Origin: Histomonas meleagridis 2922-C6/04-290x
Lineage: Eukaryota > Protista > Parabasalia
Assembly (NCBI GenBank): GCA_020184695.1
Contig: JAANOX010000242.1
Coordinates: 186,001-250,000 of the forward strand
DNA: 64,000 bases
Direction of reading: 5' to 3'
The notes under the pieces were generated by a model. That model had not been told where the DNA came from and made no database searches. It saw only the letters and a list, made by a program, of their open reading frames with translations. Numbering within the stretch: the stretch's first letter is position 1; every line of letters begins with the position of its first letter. The translations under genes were made by a program, and so were the position numbers. Shown piece after piece: positions 32,431 through 42,507 of the stretch.

Positions 32431-33636
32431 CTATTTGTTAGATTCTTCTATATTTTTCAAAGGTGGTAAAGGAGAAGATCTTCTTCTTACACCTGCAAGG
32501 GATCTTTGTACCCTCTCTGCTTTATAAATTTCACCAGAATGAGTAATTAAAAATCTCATCGCAGTGTTAACCTTTTCATCTCTTACAGCAGAATTTAATT
32601 CATTACTTTTTTTTATTTCATCAGCAGTATTCACTTTAACCCTTTCAAGTTCCGATTTAAGTTCTTTTAACTCAGAATCAAGTGAAAAAACTTTCATTTG
32701 TTCAATCTTAAATTCATCTTTTGCACTCTCAAGTTCACATTTCACTTTCTTTTCCTCATCCTCAAGATTCCTCAACTCATTTAAAATGACTTTCAAATCG
32801 TTTTCAGATTTTTCTTTTGTTGATGTCAATTCATTGATTTGTTCACTTATGTTATTAATTACATTTTTTGCTTGTATACTAACACGAACAGCTTTTAATA
32901 TTTTATTTTGTTCAACAATTTCAAGTGAAAGTTCTTTTGATCGTTTTTCATTTGATTCTATTTCAGATTGTAAATTTTCGATTTTAGAAACTTTTGATTT
33001 TGATTCGTCAAGAGAAATCCGAAGTTTCTTTGATTTAATTAATTTGTTACGTAATTTATTTGATAATTCCAAAATTTTATTTCGTTGGTCCTTAACGGTC
33101 GCTCGAGCTTCAGATGCTTTTTTAACATAATCATGTGAAACAAGGAGATAATGTTCAACAGACGATAGTAAATCTGATCTTTCTTGAGACCATTCTAATT
33201 TAAGTTTAGTAAATTCTACTTGTTCGTTTTTAAGTTCTGATGTATTATGGATTTCGTTCTCTTGTAATAAAAGATCTGTTTCTTGTTCAAAATGATTTTT
33301 AAGTTTTTTGTTTTCATAACTTAAAGAACTTAACTCTTCTCGAGCAGATTCTGATGCTCTTAAAGCACTTTCAAGCATAGATTGTGCTTTTTGAAGTTGA
33401 GACAATAATTGGCTTGGGTTATTATCTTCTCCATTATTAAGAAGATTATATCCAGTATCAAATCCTTGGATAAAAACTGGATGACCCCATTTTGCCGGCT
33501 TATTTCTCATTTCAAGATTCTTTAACTTTTCTTCCAGTAATTTTTGTTCTTCTAAAGCATCTTCTAAAGCTTTTTGTGTTTGTTGTAATGGGGAAATACT
33601 TTCTGAATTTATTATTTCTTTATTTTCTTTGTTCAT
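32431..33636 (-). CDS. Coiled-coil hypothetical protein
   Basis: 401-aa E/K/L-rich heptad ORF. Confidence 0.7.
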   Translation of the reverse strand: MNKENKEIINSESISPLQQTQKALEDALEEQKLLEEKLKNLEMRNKPAKWGHPVFIQGFDTGYNLLNNGEDNNPSQLLSQLQKAQSMLESALRASESAREELSSLSYENKKLKNHFEQETDLLLQENEIHNTSELKNEQVEFTKLKLEWSQERSDLLSSVEHYLLVSHDYVKKASEARATVKDQRNKILELSNKLRNKLIKSKKLRISLDESKSKVSKIENLQSEIESNEKRSKELSLEIVEQNKILKAVRVSIQAKNVINNISEQINELTSTKEKSENDLKVILNELRNLEDEEKKVKCELESAKDEFKIEQMKVFSLDSELKELKSELERVKVNTADEIKKSNELNSAVRDEKVNTAMRFLITHSGEIYKAERVQRSLAGVRRRSSPLPPLKNIEESNK

Positions 33637-33718
33637 TTTTTCATTTTATAAATAACGATGACAACGATACAACATAAACCATAGAAAAACTGCATCAAAA
33701 ATTTGATGTTTTTACTCA

Positions 33719-35305
33719 TCAATCACTTTCATATGATGAAGAAGCAACGCTACTAATGTTACTAATTTGTTCAGAATCATCACTATCAGAAGTTCTATTG
33801 CTATCAGAACCAGACTTTTCAGATACTTCTTCAATATCATTAGCTTCTTCATCATCACTTGAATGCTTATGATGTCTATGATGTTTATGACCAGATTTCG
33901 ATTTCTCCTTTTCTTCGATTGTACTTTCAATTTCATCATCTTGAATATCTTTAGCATATCTTGGGAATACGAAATTCTTCTTATCAAAGTAACTCTTAAA
34001 TTTGTTTCTTCTTTCTTCAGATTCTTCTGGTCTATGTTTATGATTATTTACTTCTTCTTCTTCAACTCTCTTCTTATAACAATCATCACAATGAGGTCTA
34101 CCATGGAAACATTTGGCATTATCTACATCACATCGAGTACCACAAATTCTACATACGAAACATCGTCCATGATAAACTTTCTTATGCCATGTTACAAGGT
34201 CTTGTTCCATTCCATCGAATTCATTCTTACAATAACTACATCTTCGAAGATAATGTTGCCCATCTTTAGGACAGAAATATTTGTCATGATGAATAATAAA
34301 GTTTCGGCCATATAAAACACATTCGCATTGACTACAAACAAAATGATCAACATGGAAATATCGTCCTCGATTCTTCACATATCGTCCAACAACAGCATTA
34401 CCGCACGCGTGGCATTTACGTTTTTCGACTGCTGGTGCACAACGTGGACAAATTGGGAATCCGCCGATCATCTTAAATGAATCTTGATCAAGTTCACCAT
34501 TGCATTCATAACAAGCAAAACATGTGGCATGAATTGCATGTTCAAAACCTGGTGGCTTAATACGTTCTTCGATATCATATAAGTATTGATCACAAACTTG
34601 ACATTTACGAAGTTCTCCATGATAATTTGCACAACGCATGCAAAGGAGTTCGCCACGGAACATTGCGCAAGTTGGCGGCTTAAGTGGTGTTTGACAATGT
34701 GAACATTTAAGACAATTTTGATGATAATAATCTCCGCAAGTAACATAAAATGTTTCAGTAATACGTTGTTGGCATGCTGCACATGTACGGAGAAGTGTTG
34801 GTTCAGGTCCTGCATCTTGAATACGCGTATTTCCTCCGAATGCTGATATCTTCTTACTTGGGGTGTAAACACCTGTTGAAAGTGGTGGAAGTCCTGTTGA
34901 TGTTGGCGGAGCAGGTAATCCTGATGATGATGGAGGTGGTGGTAATCCACCAGACATTGGAGGAGGAGGTAATCCTCCTGAACTTGGTGGTGGTGGTAAA
35001 CCTCCGGACATTGGTGGCGGTGGAAGACCTCCAGACATTGGTGGAGGAGGTAATCCTCCGGACATTGGCGGAGGTGGTAATCCGCCTGACATTGGTGGAG
35101 GTGGTAAACCTCCGGACATCGGTGGTGGAGGAAGTCCGCCAGACATTGGAGGAGGAGGTAATCCACCGGACATTGGTGGTGGTGGCAATCCGCCTGACAT
35201 TGGTGGAGGTGGAAGACCACCCGACATTGGTGGAGGAGGTAAACCTCCGGACATCGGAGGTGGTGGTAACCCGCCTGACATTGGTGGTGGTGGTAAGTCA
35301 CTCAT
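33719..35305 (-). CDS. Proline-rich repeat + multi-LIM domain protein (paxillin/zyxin-like cytoskeletal adaptor)
   Basis: About 4-5 LIM-type C-x2-C...H-x2-C-x2-C motifs; likely start MSDLPPPP at 35305. Confidence 0.85.
   Translation of the reverse strand: MSDLPPPPMSGGLPPPPMSGGLPPPPMSGGLPPPPMSGGLPPPPMSGGLPPPPMSGGLPPPPMSGGLPPPPMSGGLPPPPMSGGLPPPPMSGGLPPPPMSGGLPPPPSSGGLPPPPMSGGLPPPPSSSGLPAPPTSTGLPPLSTGVYTPSKKISAFGGNTRIQDAGPEPTLLRTCAACQQRITETFYVTCGDYYHQNCLKCSHCQTPLKPPTCAMFRGELLCMRCANYHGELRKCQVCDQYLYDIEERIKPPGFEHAIHATCFACYECNGELDQDSFKMIGGFPICPRCAPAVEKRKCHACGNAVVGRYVKNRGRYFHVDHFVCSQCECVLYGRNFIIHHDKYFCPKDGQHYLRRCSYCKNEFDGMEQDLVTWHKKVYHGRCFVCRICGTRCDVDNAKCFHGRPHCDDCYKKRVEEEEVNNHKHRPEESEERRNKFKSYFDKKNFVFPRYAKDIQDDEIESTIEEKEKSKSGHKHHRHHKHSSDDEEANDIEEVSEKSGSDSNRTSDSDDSEQISNISSVASSSYESD
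34916..35293 (-). repeat. 14 x 27-bp coding repeat (PPPPMSGGL)
   Basis: Counted from the translation; coordinates give 378 bp; third codon positions vary between units. Confidence 0.9.
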
Positions 35306-36007
35306 TAATTGATTTTGATGTTTGTGGTGATAAACAGTTATTTCACTATCAAAATGTTGGCAATGCAAACTTTTTCTTAACAATCCGTTGAAAAACTTCG
35401 TATCGTTATTTACAATGACTTTCACTAAAAAACGGTCAAACGGAATGTTACAGTAAAACGAAAAATAAATAAAAATGAAATATTTAAATATGAACGCGGA
35501 ATGAGAAAAGGAATTTGTACAGATATTTATAACGTAATGTTGCATCTTTACATAAAAACTTCTGCGTTTCAAACGCTGGTCATTTTTCACATCAAATTTC
35601 TGGTTTGTATGGTTTACATAATATATAACCGTTGCTCCCGGTGTTTAGTTTACATGTAAACGAAAAGAAAAATTATTGTTTGTGGACATGAATATTTGAT
35701 GAAATTTTTTAAAAGCAAGAAACATTGGAAATAATATCGTTCTTTCATGATCTAAATTTTTAGGAACTTTGAATTTTTATAAAAGTTTTTTATTTCTGAT
35801 ATTCATATCGATTTCCTACTTTGCTTATGTATAATTAAAAAATTTAGAAAAGCTTAAAAAGCTTTTTATCATTGATATGTATATACATATATAAATTAAT
35901 TCAAAGCGATAGTTATAAACAATTTTTCGAATGTTTTTTTTTTTTTCTTTTTCCGTTCCATAATTAACTTAAAAAATTATATAAATGTTTATAAACAGAA
36001 ATATATT

Positions 36008-38965
36008 TTATTTCACTTTCGAATATATTATTTTCATTTGTTCCTTAATATCATTTGGCAAATTCTTATTCCCGTTTACCAAATTCATCAACTTATCTAT
36101 AACAACCGCTATTTCCTCATTTGGTTTTTGAAAATTTTGCACGAACACGTTCAAAGTCTGTTCCACATCTACCGACAGATCATCTGCGAACTTATTCAAC
36201 ACATTTACAGCCTCATTTCTCACCATCTGCGAATCATTATTTAAATAGAACGCAGCGATTGGAATTAACTTCGCCACTTCGATTTCATTTTTGTTTTCAT
36301 CATTTAACAAAGAAGAAATCGACAAAAACGAAGGAACTCTAAACGACGTATCATTACTAAACAACAACGAAAACAATTTCGACAAAATCGAATCGAATTC
36401 TTTTAGATGTATTACTTTCGATATTGCATATATTGAACCCATTAAAGTAATTTCATCATCACGAGAATTCGATTTCATAAAAGATTTTATTAAAAGAGAA
36501 CAAACTTTCGAATTTTGTATATATTTCCGACTAATTTTACAAGTGTTTAATGCTTGTAAAACAATGGAATAATTATTAATATGTAAAAAAGATGATAAAA
36601 TCGAATAAAACTCTTTCATTTTTGATATTTTCAAAATGATTTTATTATTACTATTTAAAAAAGAATGAAAAATATCAAAATATAAATTTATGTTCTTAAG
36701 ATCATATGAAATATATTCAATGATTAACTTATAAAATCGTTTCTTTAAGTTATATGTTAATATGAAATTATGAATTTTATGTTCTTTAATATGTTTTAAA
36801 GATATTTCAACAAAATATTTATCGTTCAAAATTTTTTTATCCGTTTTAATATATTCTTCAAAAATTGGTAATGAATCATTAAAATCATTAAATAAATCTT
36901 CGAAGTTTTCATATGTTATTTGTGTTCGTGCTTCAGGAAAACGAAATGTTAATGCGATACATGAAATTAATGATTTAGTTAAATTATTATTATCATTTAA
37001 ATAAGTTTTCGCAGAAAATAATATTTTAATTAAATCATTAGGTAAAATATTTATATTAGAAATTAATTTCTTAATAAGAATAACTAATGAATGTGTTAAA
37101 TGTGGTTCTAATGGCTTAACAAAAAATGATAATAATTGGACTAAAAATGATGGTGATGAACAAAGGAAATCAAATCTTAAATTAGATGCAATAATTATAA
37201 CACTTAAAGCTTTGTTCCGTAAGTTTTGATCTTCTTCATTCGAATAATTTAATAACGATTTAAGAACATTAACATCAAATACTTCCGGAACTTTACATTT
37301 AAGTAATTTGGTTAAGATTAAATCTGTTTCATTGGATTTCTCATTTAAATTAGTAGCTATAAATGGACAAAATTCAGTGGATACTAAGTTCTTGTCAGTA
37401 ATCTTTTGAAACATCATATTGATTTGTGATTCTTTTGAATTGATTTCTTCATCATTATCTGTGATGTCTAATATATTGGATAGATCTATCGAATCATTCT
37501 TTATGGGATTGATTTTTCGTGAATGATGTCGACTCGAAGCAAATTGTGATGCGGTTGACTTATGATGTGAAATGGTGCCGGCCAATGAACCAAATAAAAT
37601 TTCATCTGTACCTGGGAAATGTAATTGAGGATCTGATAAGTTAATGATAATACTTGTAAATGATGGTCGTTTCGATGGATCAGAATCCCAACATCTTGTT
37701 ATTAAATCTCGAAGTTTTGGAGGTGAATCATCAGGTAATTTAGGTCTAAAGCCATCAATTACAGATGAAATAAATTGCACTGGATTCATCCCATAGTATG
37801 GCATTTCACCTGTTAATAATTCCCATAAAATGATTGCATAACTATACACATCAACTTTCTGATTATATGTTGGAGATGACATTAAGACTTCAGGAGCCAT
37901 CCAATGCGCAGTTCCAACTAATCCTGTTGCTGGTCCTTCAGTTTTAATTCTGACCATTCCAAAATCACAAATCTTTGCACGATAATTCTTATCCAAAAGA
38001 ATATTCAGTGATTTAAGGTCACGATGAATAAATCCTTTTGAATGAAGATATTCAACACCTCTTGCGATATCAATTGCAATTATTGATTTCATTGTAGGTG
38101 TTAATGGGTTTTCTTTTTTACGAAGTGCTTGAAATAAAGAACCATTTGGCATATATTCTGTTATGAGATAAAATGGATCATCCGAATAACCGTAAAATTT
38201 CAGAAGATTGGGGTGGTTCAAAGACGATAGAGCGTAAATTTCCCTTCGAAATGATTCAAGTTCAATTGGGTTTAATGTTCTTTGATGAAGAACTTTAACT
38301 GCTACTTCTTGGTTCTTATATATCCCAAGATAAACTGTCCCTGATATACCTTTACCAATCTCTTTCTCTAACTTCACATCTTCATGTTTAATAAGAAGTT
38401 GTAAATTGTTGGGAAGATCTGGAATACTAATGACTTTTCCGTCTGAAAAATCAGCTTTGATGCCAAGTTTCTTTAAAGATTTAAATCTTTGGGCTAATTT
38501 TTCAGCTGCATCAGGTCGATTTTGTTTTGATATTTGTATTAAAATATTACATATTCGTTTAAGGTCAACAAGATCTTGTGATTTAAGCTCGCTTTTGTGA
38601 AGTTTGATTGTTGATGCAATTTGAGTTAAACCAATTTGTTCAAAATTTGTGCTTAATGTTTTCCTGAAAGACCGTATTTTATGTTTTGCATCTTTGATAG
38701 GTGTTGATAAAAGAAATTGTATGCATGTATTTTTTTGACAATGAGTTGCATATTCCTTGAATTGTTGAATTGCTTGGCATATGTGCTGGACTCCATTTTT
38801 TGTGTTTTTAATTTTTATATTTGGATCTTGAAGAGATTGTGGTATTGATTTGAGAGTTTGAAGAAGGCTATTTATTTTGGAGCAATGAATATAAGGAGAA
38901 AGGATTGGCTTTTGAAGCTCGTGAATTGAATCAGTGATTGCGACTATAACTGTTTCTTTTTGCAA
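36008..38965 (-). CDS. TKL-family protein kinase with N-terminal helical domain and C-terminal ARM/HEAT region; start unresolved
   Basis: IGKGISGTVY, VAVK, HRDLKSLN, DFG, GTAHWMAPE, DVYSY; no in-frame ATG before the kinase domain. Confidence 0.9.
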   Translation of the reverse strand: MQKETVIVAITDSIHELQKPILSPYIHCSKINSLLQTLKSIPQSLQDPNIKIKNTKNGVQHICQAIQQFKEYATHCQKNTCIQFLLSTPIKDAKHKIRSFRKTLSTNFEQIGLTQIASTIKLHKSELKSQDLVDLKRICNILIQISKQNRPDAAEKLAQRFKSLKKLGIKADFSDGKVISIPDLPNNLQLLIKHEDVKLEKEIGKGISGTVYLGIYKNQEVAVKVLHQRTLNPIELESFRREIYALSSLNHPNLLKFYGYSDDPFYLITEYMPNGSLFQALRKKENPLTPTMKSIIAIDIARGVEYLHSKGFIHRDLKSLNILLDKNYRAKICDFGMVRIKTEGPATGLVGTAHWMAPEVLMSSPTYNQKVDVYSYAIILWELLTGEMPYYGMNPVQFISSVIDGFRPKLPDDSPPKLRDLITRCWDSDPSKRPSFTSIIINLSDPQLHFPGTDEILFGSLAGTISHHKSTASQFASSRHHSRKINPIKNDSIDLSNILDITDNDEEINSKESQINMMFQKITDKNLVSTEFCPFIATNLNEKSNETDLILTKLLKCKVPEVFDVNVLKSLLNYSNEEDQNLRNKALSVIIIASNLRFDFLCSSPSFLVQLLSFFVKPLEPHLTHSLVILIKKLISNINILPNDLIKILFSAKTYLNDNNNLTKSLISCIALTFRFPEARTQITYENFEDLFNDFNDSLPIFEEYIKTDKKILNDKYFVEISLKHIKEHKIHNFILTYNLKKRFYKLIIEYISYDLKNINLYFDIFHSFLNSNNKIILKISKMKEFYSILSSFLHINNYSIVLQALNTCKISRKYIQNSKVCSLLIKSFMKSNSRDDEITLMGSIYAISKVIHLKEFDSILSKLFSLLFSNDTSFRVPSFLSISSLLNDENKNEIEVAKLIPIAAFYLNNDSQMVRNEAVNVLNKFADDLSVDVEQTLNVFVQNFQKPNEEIAVVIDKLMNLVNGNKNLPNDIKEQMKIIYSKVK

Positions 38966-39608
38966 TGTACAAAATTCTGCAATTAAAACGGTTAGTGGTT
39001 TTTAGCAATCGTTAAACTGTTGGAGTTCTTCAGAAAACTCATTTTTTTGAATGTGACTTTTTTACTTTTTGAATACTTGGGCATGACTTTTTCACATGAC
39101 ATTGGCCGTTTTCCGTTTCAAGAGTGTGACTTTTTCACTTTTTGAATACCCAGTGAAAGTGTCAGAACTAAAACAAAAAGTCATCAACTTAACCAATTGG
39201 CAGCGATGATAAGAAAACTCAGCATTCTTGAAGGAAGCAGATACAACTTTGATGTACCTAAAACAATAAAATCTTTTAATAATTTGGAATTTTTTTTTTA
39301 TAAATATCATATATAAAAAAAGTAAATAAAGATTCGATCATCAAAATGAAATCATTCATAATTAATAGCTTTACAATACAAAAGGTATGTACTGATTAAC
39401 CTTGGTTAATGTATATTAATTTTAATTTGTTTGAATTTTTAATGGTTCAAAAAAATTCATTTAAAAAAGTCATTTATGCATAAATATATGTTATATTTAC
39501 AGAAATGCGTCATTACTTCTTATGAGTCGCTCCTTTCCTTAATTAAATATTCATGTTTTCGTACTTCTCAACATTTTACACAGATAACAAAATTTGATAT
39601 AATCACGT

Positions 39609-40745
39609 TTAGGCAGACAGTATCCTTCCCAACTTCTGCAATCTCGATATCAGTATCTCGCCACCCTTCAGCGCCTCTCTCATTTTCGTTGCCCTGCTGT
39701 CGGGTGGGTTCGTGTGTATTGTTCCACTTACTCTATCAATTCTTGCGCTCAATTTGTTGCTACTTATGAACCTTCTCATTTCAGCCTCAATGAATTGTGG
39801 CGTGACTCTAAATGCTTGTGCCATTGCAGTGATTTGTAATGCTTCATATGGCTCCAAATATTGGTTATATGCTTTAACTCGTAGCTCTTTGATCAAATAT
39901 GAAAGATGTCGTGAAAACCAAATGTCACTTTTCATGCGCTGTTCAACTTCAGTTAGAGCGTCAAAGAACTCACTATACTTCAAGTGATACAATGAAAGAA
40001 GCTTTTGAACGGGTTTGCTCGCTGCTCGAACTTCCATGGATCTATCAATCTTGGCTCCAAAGTCAGCACGGTTAAGAGATAAGACACAGAGAAGAACTGT
40101 GCGATAGACAAAGTCATCATATTCCATTAATTCGGTGGCTGTAAATGTAGATAATGTGGATATGAAAAGTAAGCTTGCTGCTACAAAGTTTCGACGGACA
40201 CAAAGATTAAGACCTTCATAGACTTTAAGACGGTTCTTTCGTTCCCAATCACCACCTTCTTTAATAAGAGATTGTGCTTGATCAAGAAGTTCTTTGAAGG
40301 TGACATGATCATTGTAAAAGAAAGAAATACGCATTTGACAGAAGACAACATCAAGCTTTTGTCCAAGAGCGATTGTATGAGAGAATAATTCTGAAAGCTG
40401 ACGCTTACTTTCTTGGCAATCACCTATTTTGAGATAAAAGAGTGCGAGGTTTTGAAGTGCTACACGTACATCTTCTTCTCCTTTAGCTTCTTTGGCATCA
40501 GCTAATGCATGTTGAAGATCTGCAAGTTCAGCATCGTTTGAAGCTGAAAGCTCAGCCGCAAGCTTTTCGTCTACTTGCCAATCAAATTGTTGACAAAGTA
40601 AATAATAGTATGGACACATTTTATTTTCGCAAATTGCTTCCATTAAGGCCGTTTCATCTGCAGGGGATCTTGTCATTGCATAACGCTCGCGTAATTGTGC
40701 AATTGCCATGTTTGGAAATTGATCAAGGGGATTTACTTCAGACAT
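39609..40745 (-). CDS. RPN7: 26S proteasome regulatory subunit RPN7 (PSMD6)
   Basis: GGDWERKNRLKVYEG, TFTATEL, C-terminal PCI domain. Confidence 0.95.
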   Translation of the reverse strand: MSEVNPLDQFPNMAIAQLRERYAMTRSPADETALMEAICENKMCPYYYLLCQQFDWQVDEKLAAELSASNDAELADLQHALADAKEAKGEEDVRVALQNLALFYLKIGDCQESKRQLSELFSHTIALGQKLDVVFCQMRISFFYNDHVTFKELLDQAQSLIKEGGDWERKNRLKVYEGLNLCVRRNFVAASLLFISTLSTFTATELMEYDDFVYRTVLLCVLSLNRADFGAKIDRSMEVRAASKPVQKLLSLYHLKYSEFFDALTEVEQRMKSDIWFSRHLSYLIKELRVKAYNQYLEPYEALQITAMAQAFRVTPQFIEAEMRRFISSNKLSARIDRVSGTIHTNPPDSRATKMREALKGGEILISRLQKLGRILSA

Positions 40746-40803
40746 CTTTGTAATGAACAGACCTTGTCAATTTAGTTGGTCAGGGAGAAAACCGTTTAAA
40801 TAA

Positions 40804-42075
40804 ATGATAGATATTGAAAAGCATAAACCCATAAATGAGGGTTTAATCAAAGATGAAAACAGAGAAGGTTCGCCAAAATCAATGCAAGCACTATTTGCAG
40901 AAAAAATAAATTTCTTATTTAATGAGATTCAGAAACAAACTCCAATAATTGATCAAATAGTTGGTGAAGTTTACCACATGTGCATAAACTGCACAACAAA
41001 ATTTGAAATCGAAACTTTTTCTTCAAATTTTCCATTTAAACGTTTTATGGAAATTGCTTGTGCATTTCCTGATACAGATATTCAATCTTATGCAATTCAA
41101 TGCATAGGAAGTGCTAGCGAATACAACTCATCCTGCTGTGAATTATTTACAGATCCTTCATCTTTTGATATAATCTTTCATTTTATTTGTTCAGAGGATA
41201 CTTATGTTTCTAAGTCGGCAATGCAACTTACATCAAACGTTATTAAATATACAAGTTCTCATGAAATCCGTGATTATATTATTATGAAAGGAATTATTCC
41301 ATTTCTCATGGAAAACAAGGAAATGTCGTATACGATTGCTGAACTTCTTCGACGCTTATGTTCTATTGCACCACCGCCACAAGAAATATTTCTAAATCAA
41401 ATTTTGCAATTTATTTCCAATGTTTTTGACAAAGGTGCTTCCTTTGAAATCCTTGATTTACTTCTTGAATCTATTCTTTTGCTTCTTAACAATGGTACAC
41501 CAATTGCAGCAGAACAATTTTATGGAATTCTACCTCAATTAATTTTGAGTGGTTTACCGTCGATCGTTACGAATTCAATTAAAATCATTTCATTTATGAG
41601 CAATCCACCATTTGAGTTTGCTACAATATTTCTTCAGGTTTTGGAAACCGAAGATTTACCTGCAGTAACCAAATTAATTGCAATGTGTTTCACGAAATTT
41701 TCTCCACTTTGGTCTGGGAAAATTGATGTTTTTAATGCACTTTCACGAAAAATTGGAAGTGTTTCATTCCAAATTAAAGTCGAATGTGTACGTGCAATGA
41801 TGAGATATGCAGATGAAAGTGTTAAAGGTAATATTACTTTCTTCTCATGCGTTATTGATTGCTTAGTATCACCTGAAATAGTTTTGGACTGTCTGAATTA
41901 TATAAGAATAGTAATAACATCGCCTTTAAATGACGAAATTAAAAAAATGATGTTCGAAGAAATGAATAATAATATTTCATACTTCGAAGATTTGTTGGAT
42001 GGAGAATATGATGAAATTGTTATACAAGGCGCTGAATTTTGCTTGAACTGGATCGAGTCTTATGAAAATAACTAA
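40804..42075 (+). CDS. ARM/HEAT-repeat hypothetical protein
   Basis: Helical repeat pattern, importin-alpha-like phrasing; no specific family assigned. Confidence 0.55.
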   Translation: MIDIEKHKPINEGLIKDENREGSPKSMQALFAEKINFLFNEIQKQTPIIDQIVGEVYHMCINCTTKFEIETFSSNFPFKRFMEIACAFPDTDIQSYAIQCIGSASEYNSSCCELFTDPSSFDIIFHFICSEDTYVSKSAMQLTSNVIKYTSSHEIRDYIIMKGIIPFLMENKEMSYTIAELLRRLCSIAPPPQEIFLNQILQFISNVFDKGASFEILDLLLESILLLLNNGTPIAAEQFYGILPQLILSGLPSIVTNSIKIISFMSNPPFEFATIFLQVLETEDLPAVTKLIAMCFTKFSPLWSGKIDVFNALSRKIGSVSFQIKVECVRAMMRYADESVKGNITFFSCVIDCLVSPEIVLDCLNYIRIVITSPLNDEIKKMMFEEMNNNISYFEDLLDGEYDEIVIQGAEFCLNWIESYENN

Positions 42076-42244
42076 AATAAATATATTTCATAAGTTACCA
42101 AACCTATCATTTTTCATATCAAAATTCGTTTATTTATGCTTCGATTTCTTGTCTACATCTTTGTCAAGACGTCTTGACGATTTAAAATTTTCATTCATTA
42201 TTTTTTCCAATAATATATTAATAAAATAGAATTAAAAAACAGAA

Positions 42245-42317
42245 GCACCTGTGGCCCAATGGATAAGGCACAGCCCTTCGGAGGCTGGGATTGTGGGTTC
42301 GAATCCTGCCAGGTGCA
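42245..42317 (+). tRNA. tRNA-Arg(TCG)
   Basis: Acceptor stem GCACCTG/CAGGTGC, D-loop TGGATAA, anticodon arm CAGCC-CTTCGGA-GGCTG, T-arm GGTTCGAATCC; 73 nt. Confidence 0.95.
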
Positions 42318-42320
42318 AAA

Positions 42321-42327
42321 TTTTTTT
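42321..42327 (+). terminator. Pol III T-run terminator
   Basis: T7 immediately after the tRNA. Confidence 0.75.
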
Positions 42328-42507
42328 GCGAATTTTTTATTATAATTATCTAAAAAATTTTGAATTTTTCCTTCCAACCATTAATAATTTCTATATCATA
42401 TAATATATATTTATTTATTCTTGATCAGGGAATTATACAGTTTTTCAAAGTGACAGTAGAGGAATTTTTATTAATAAAATTTTTAAAAATTTTATTAAAT
42501 CTATAAC

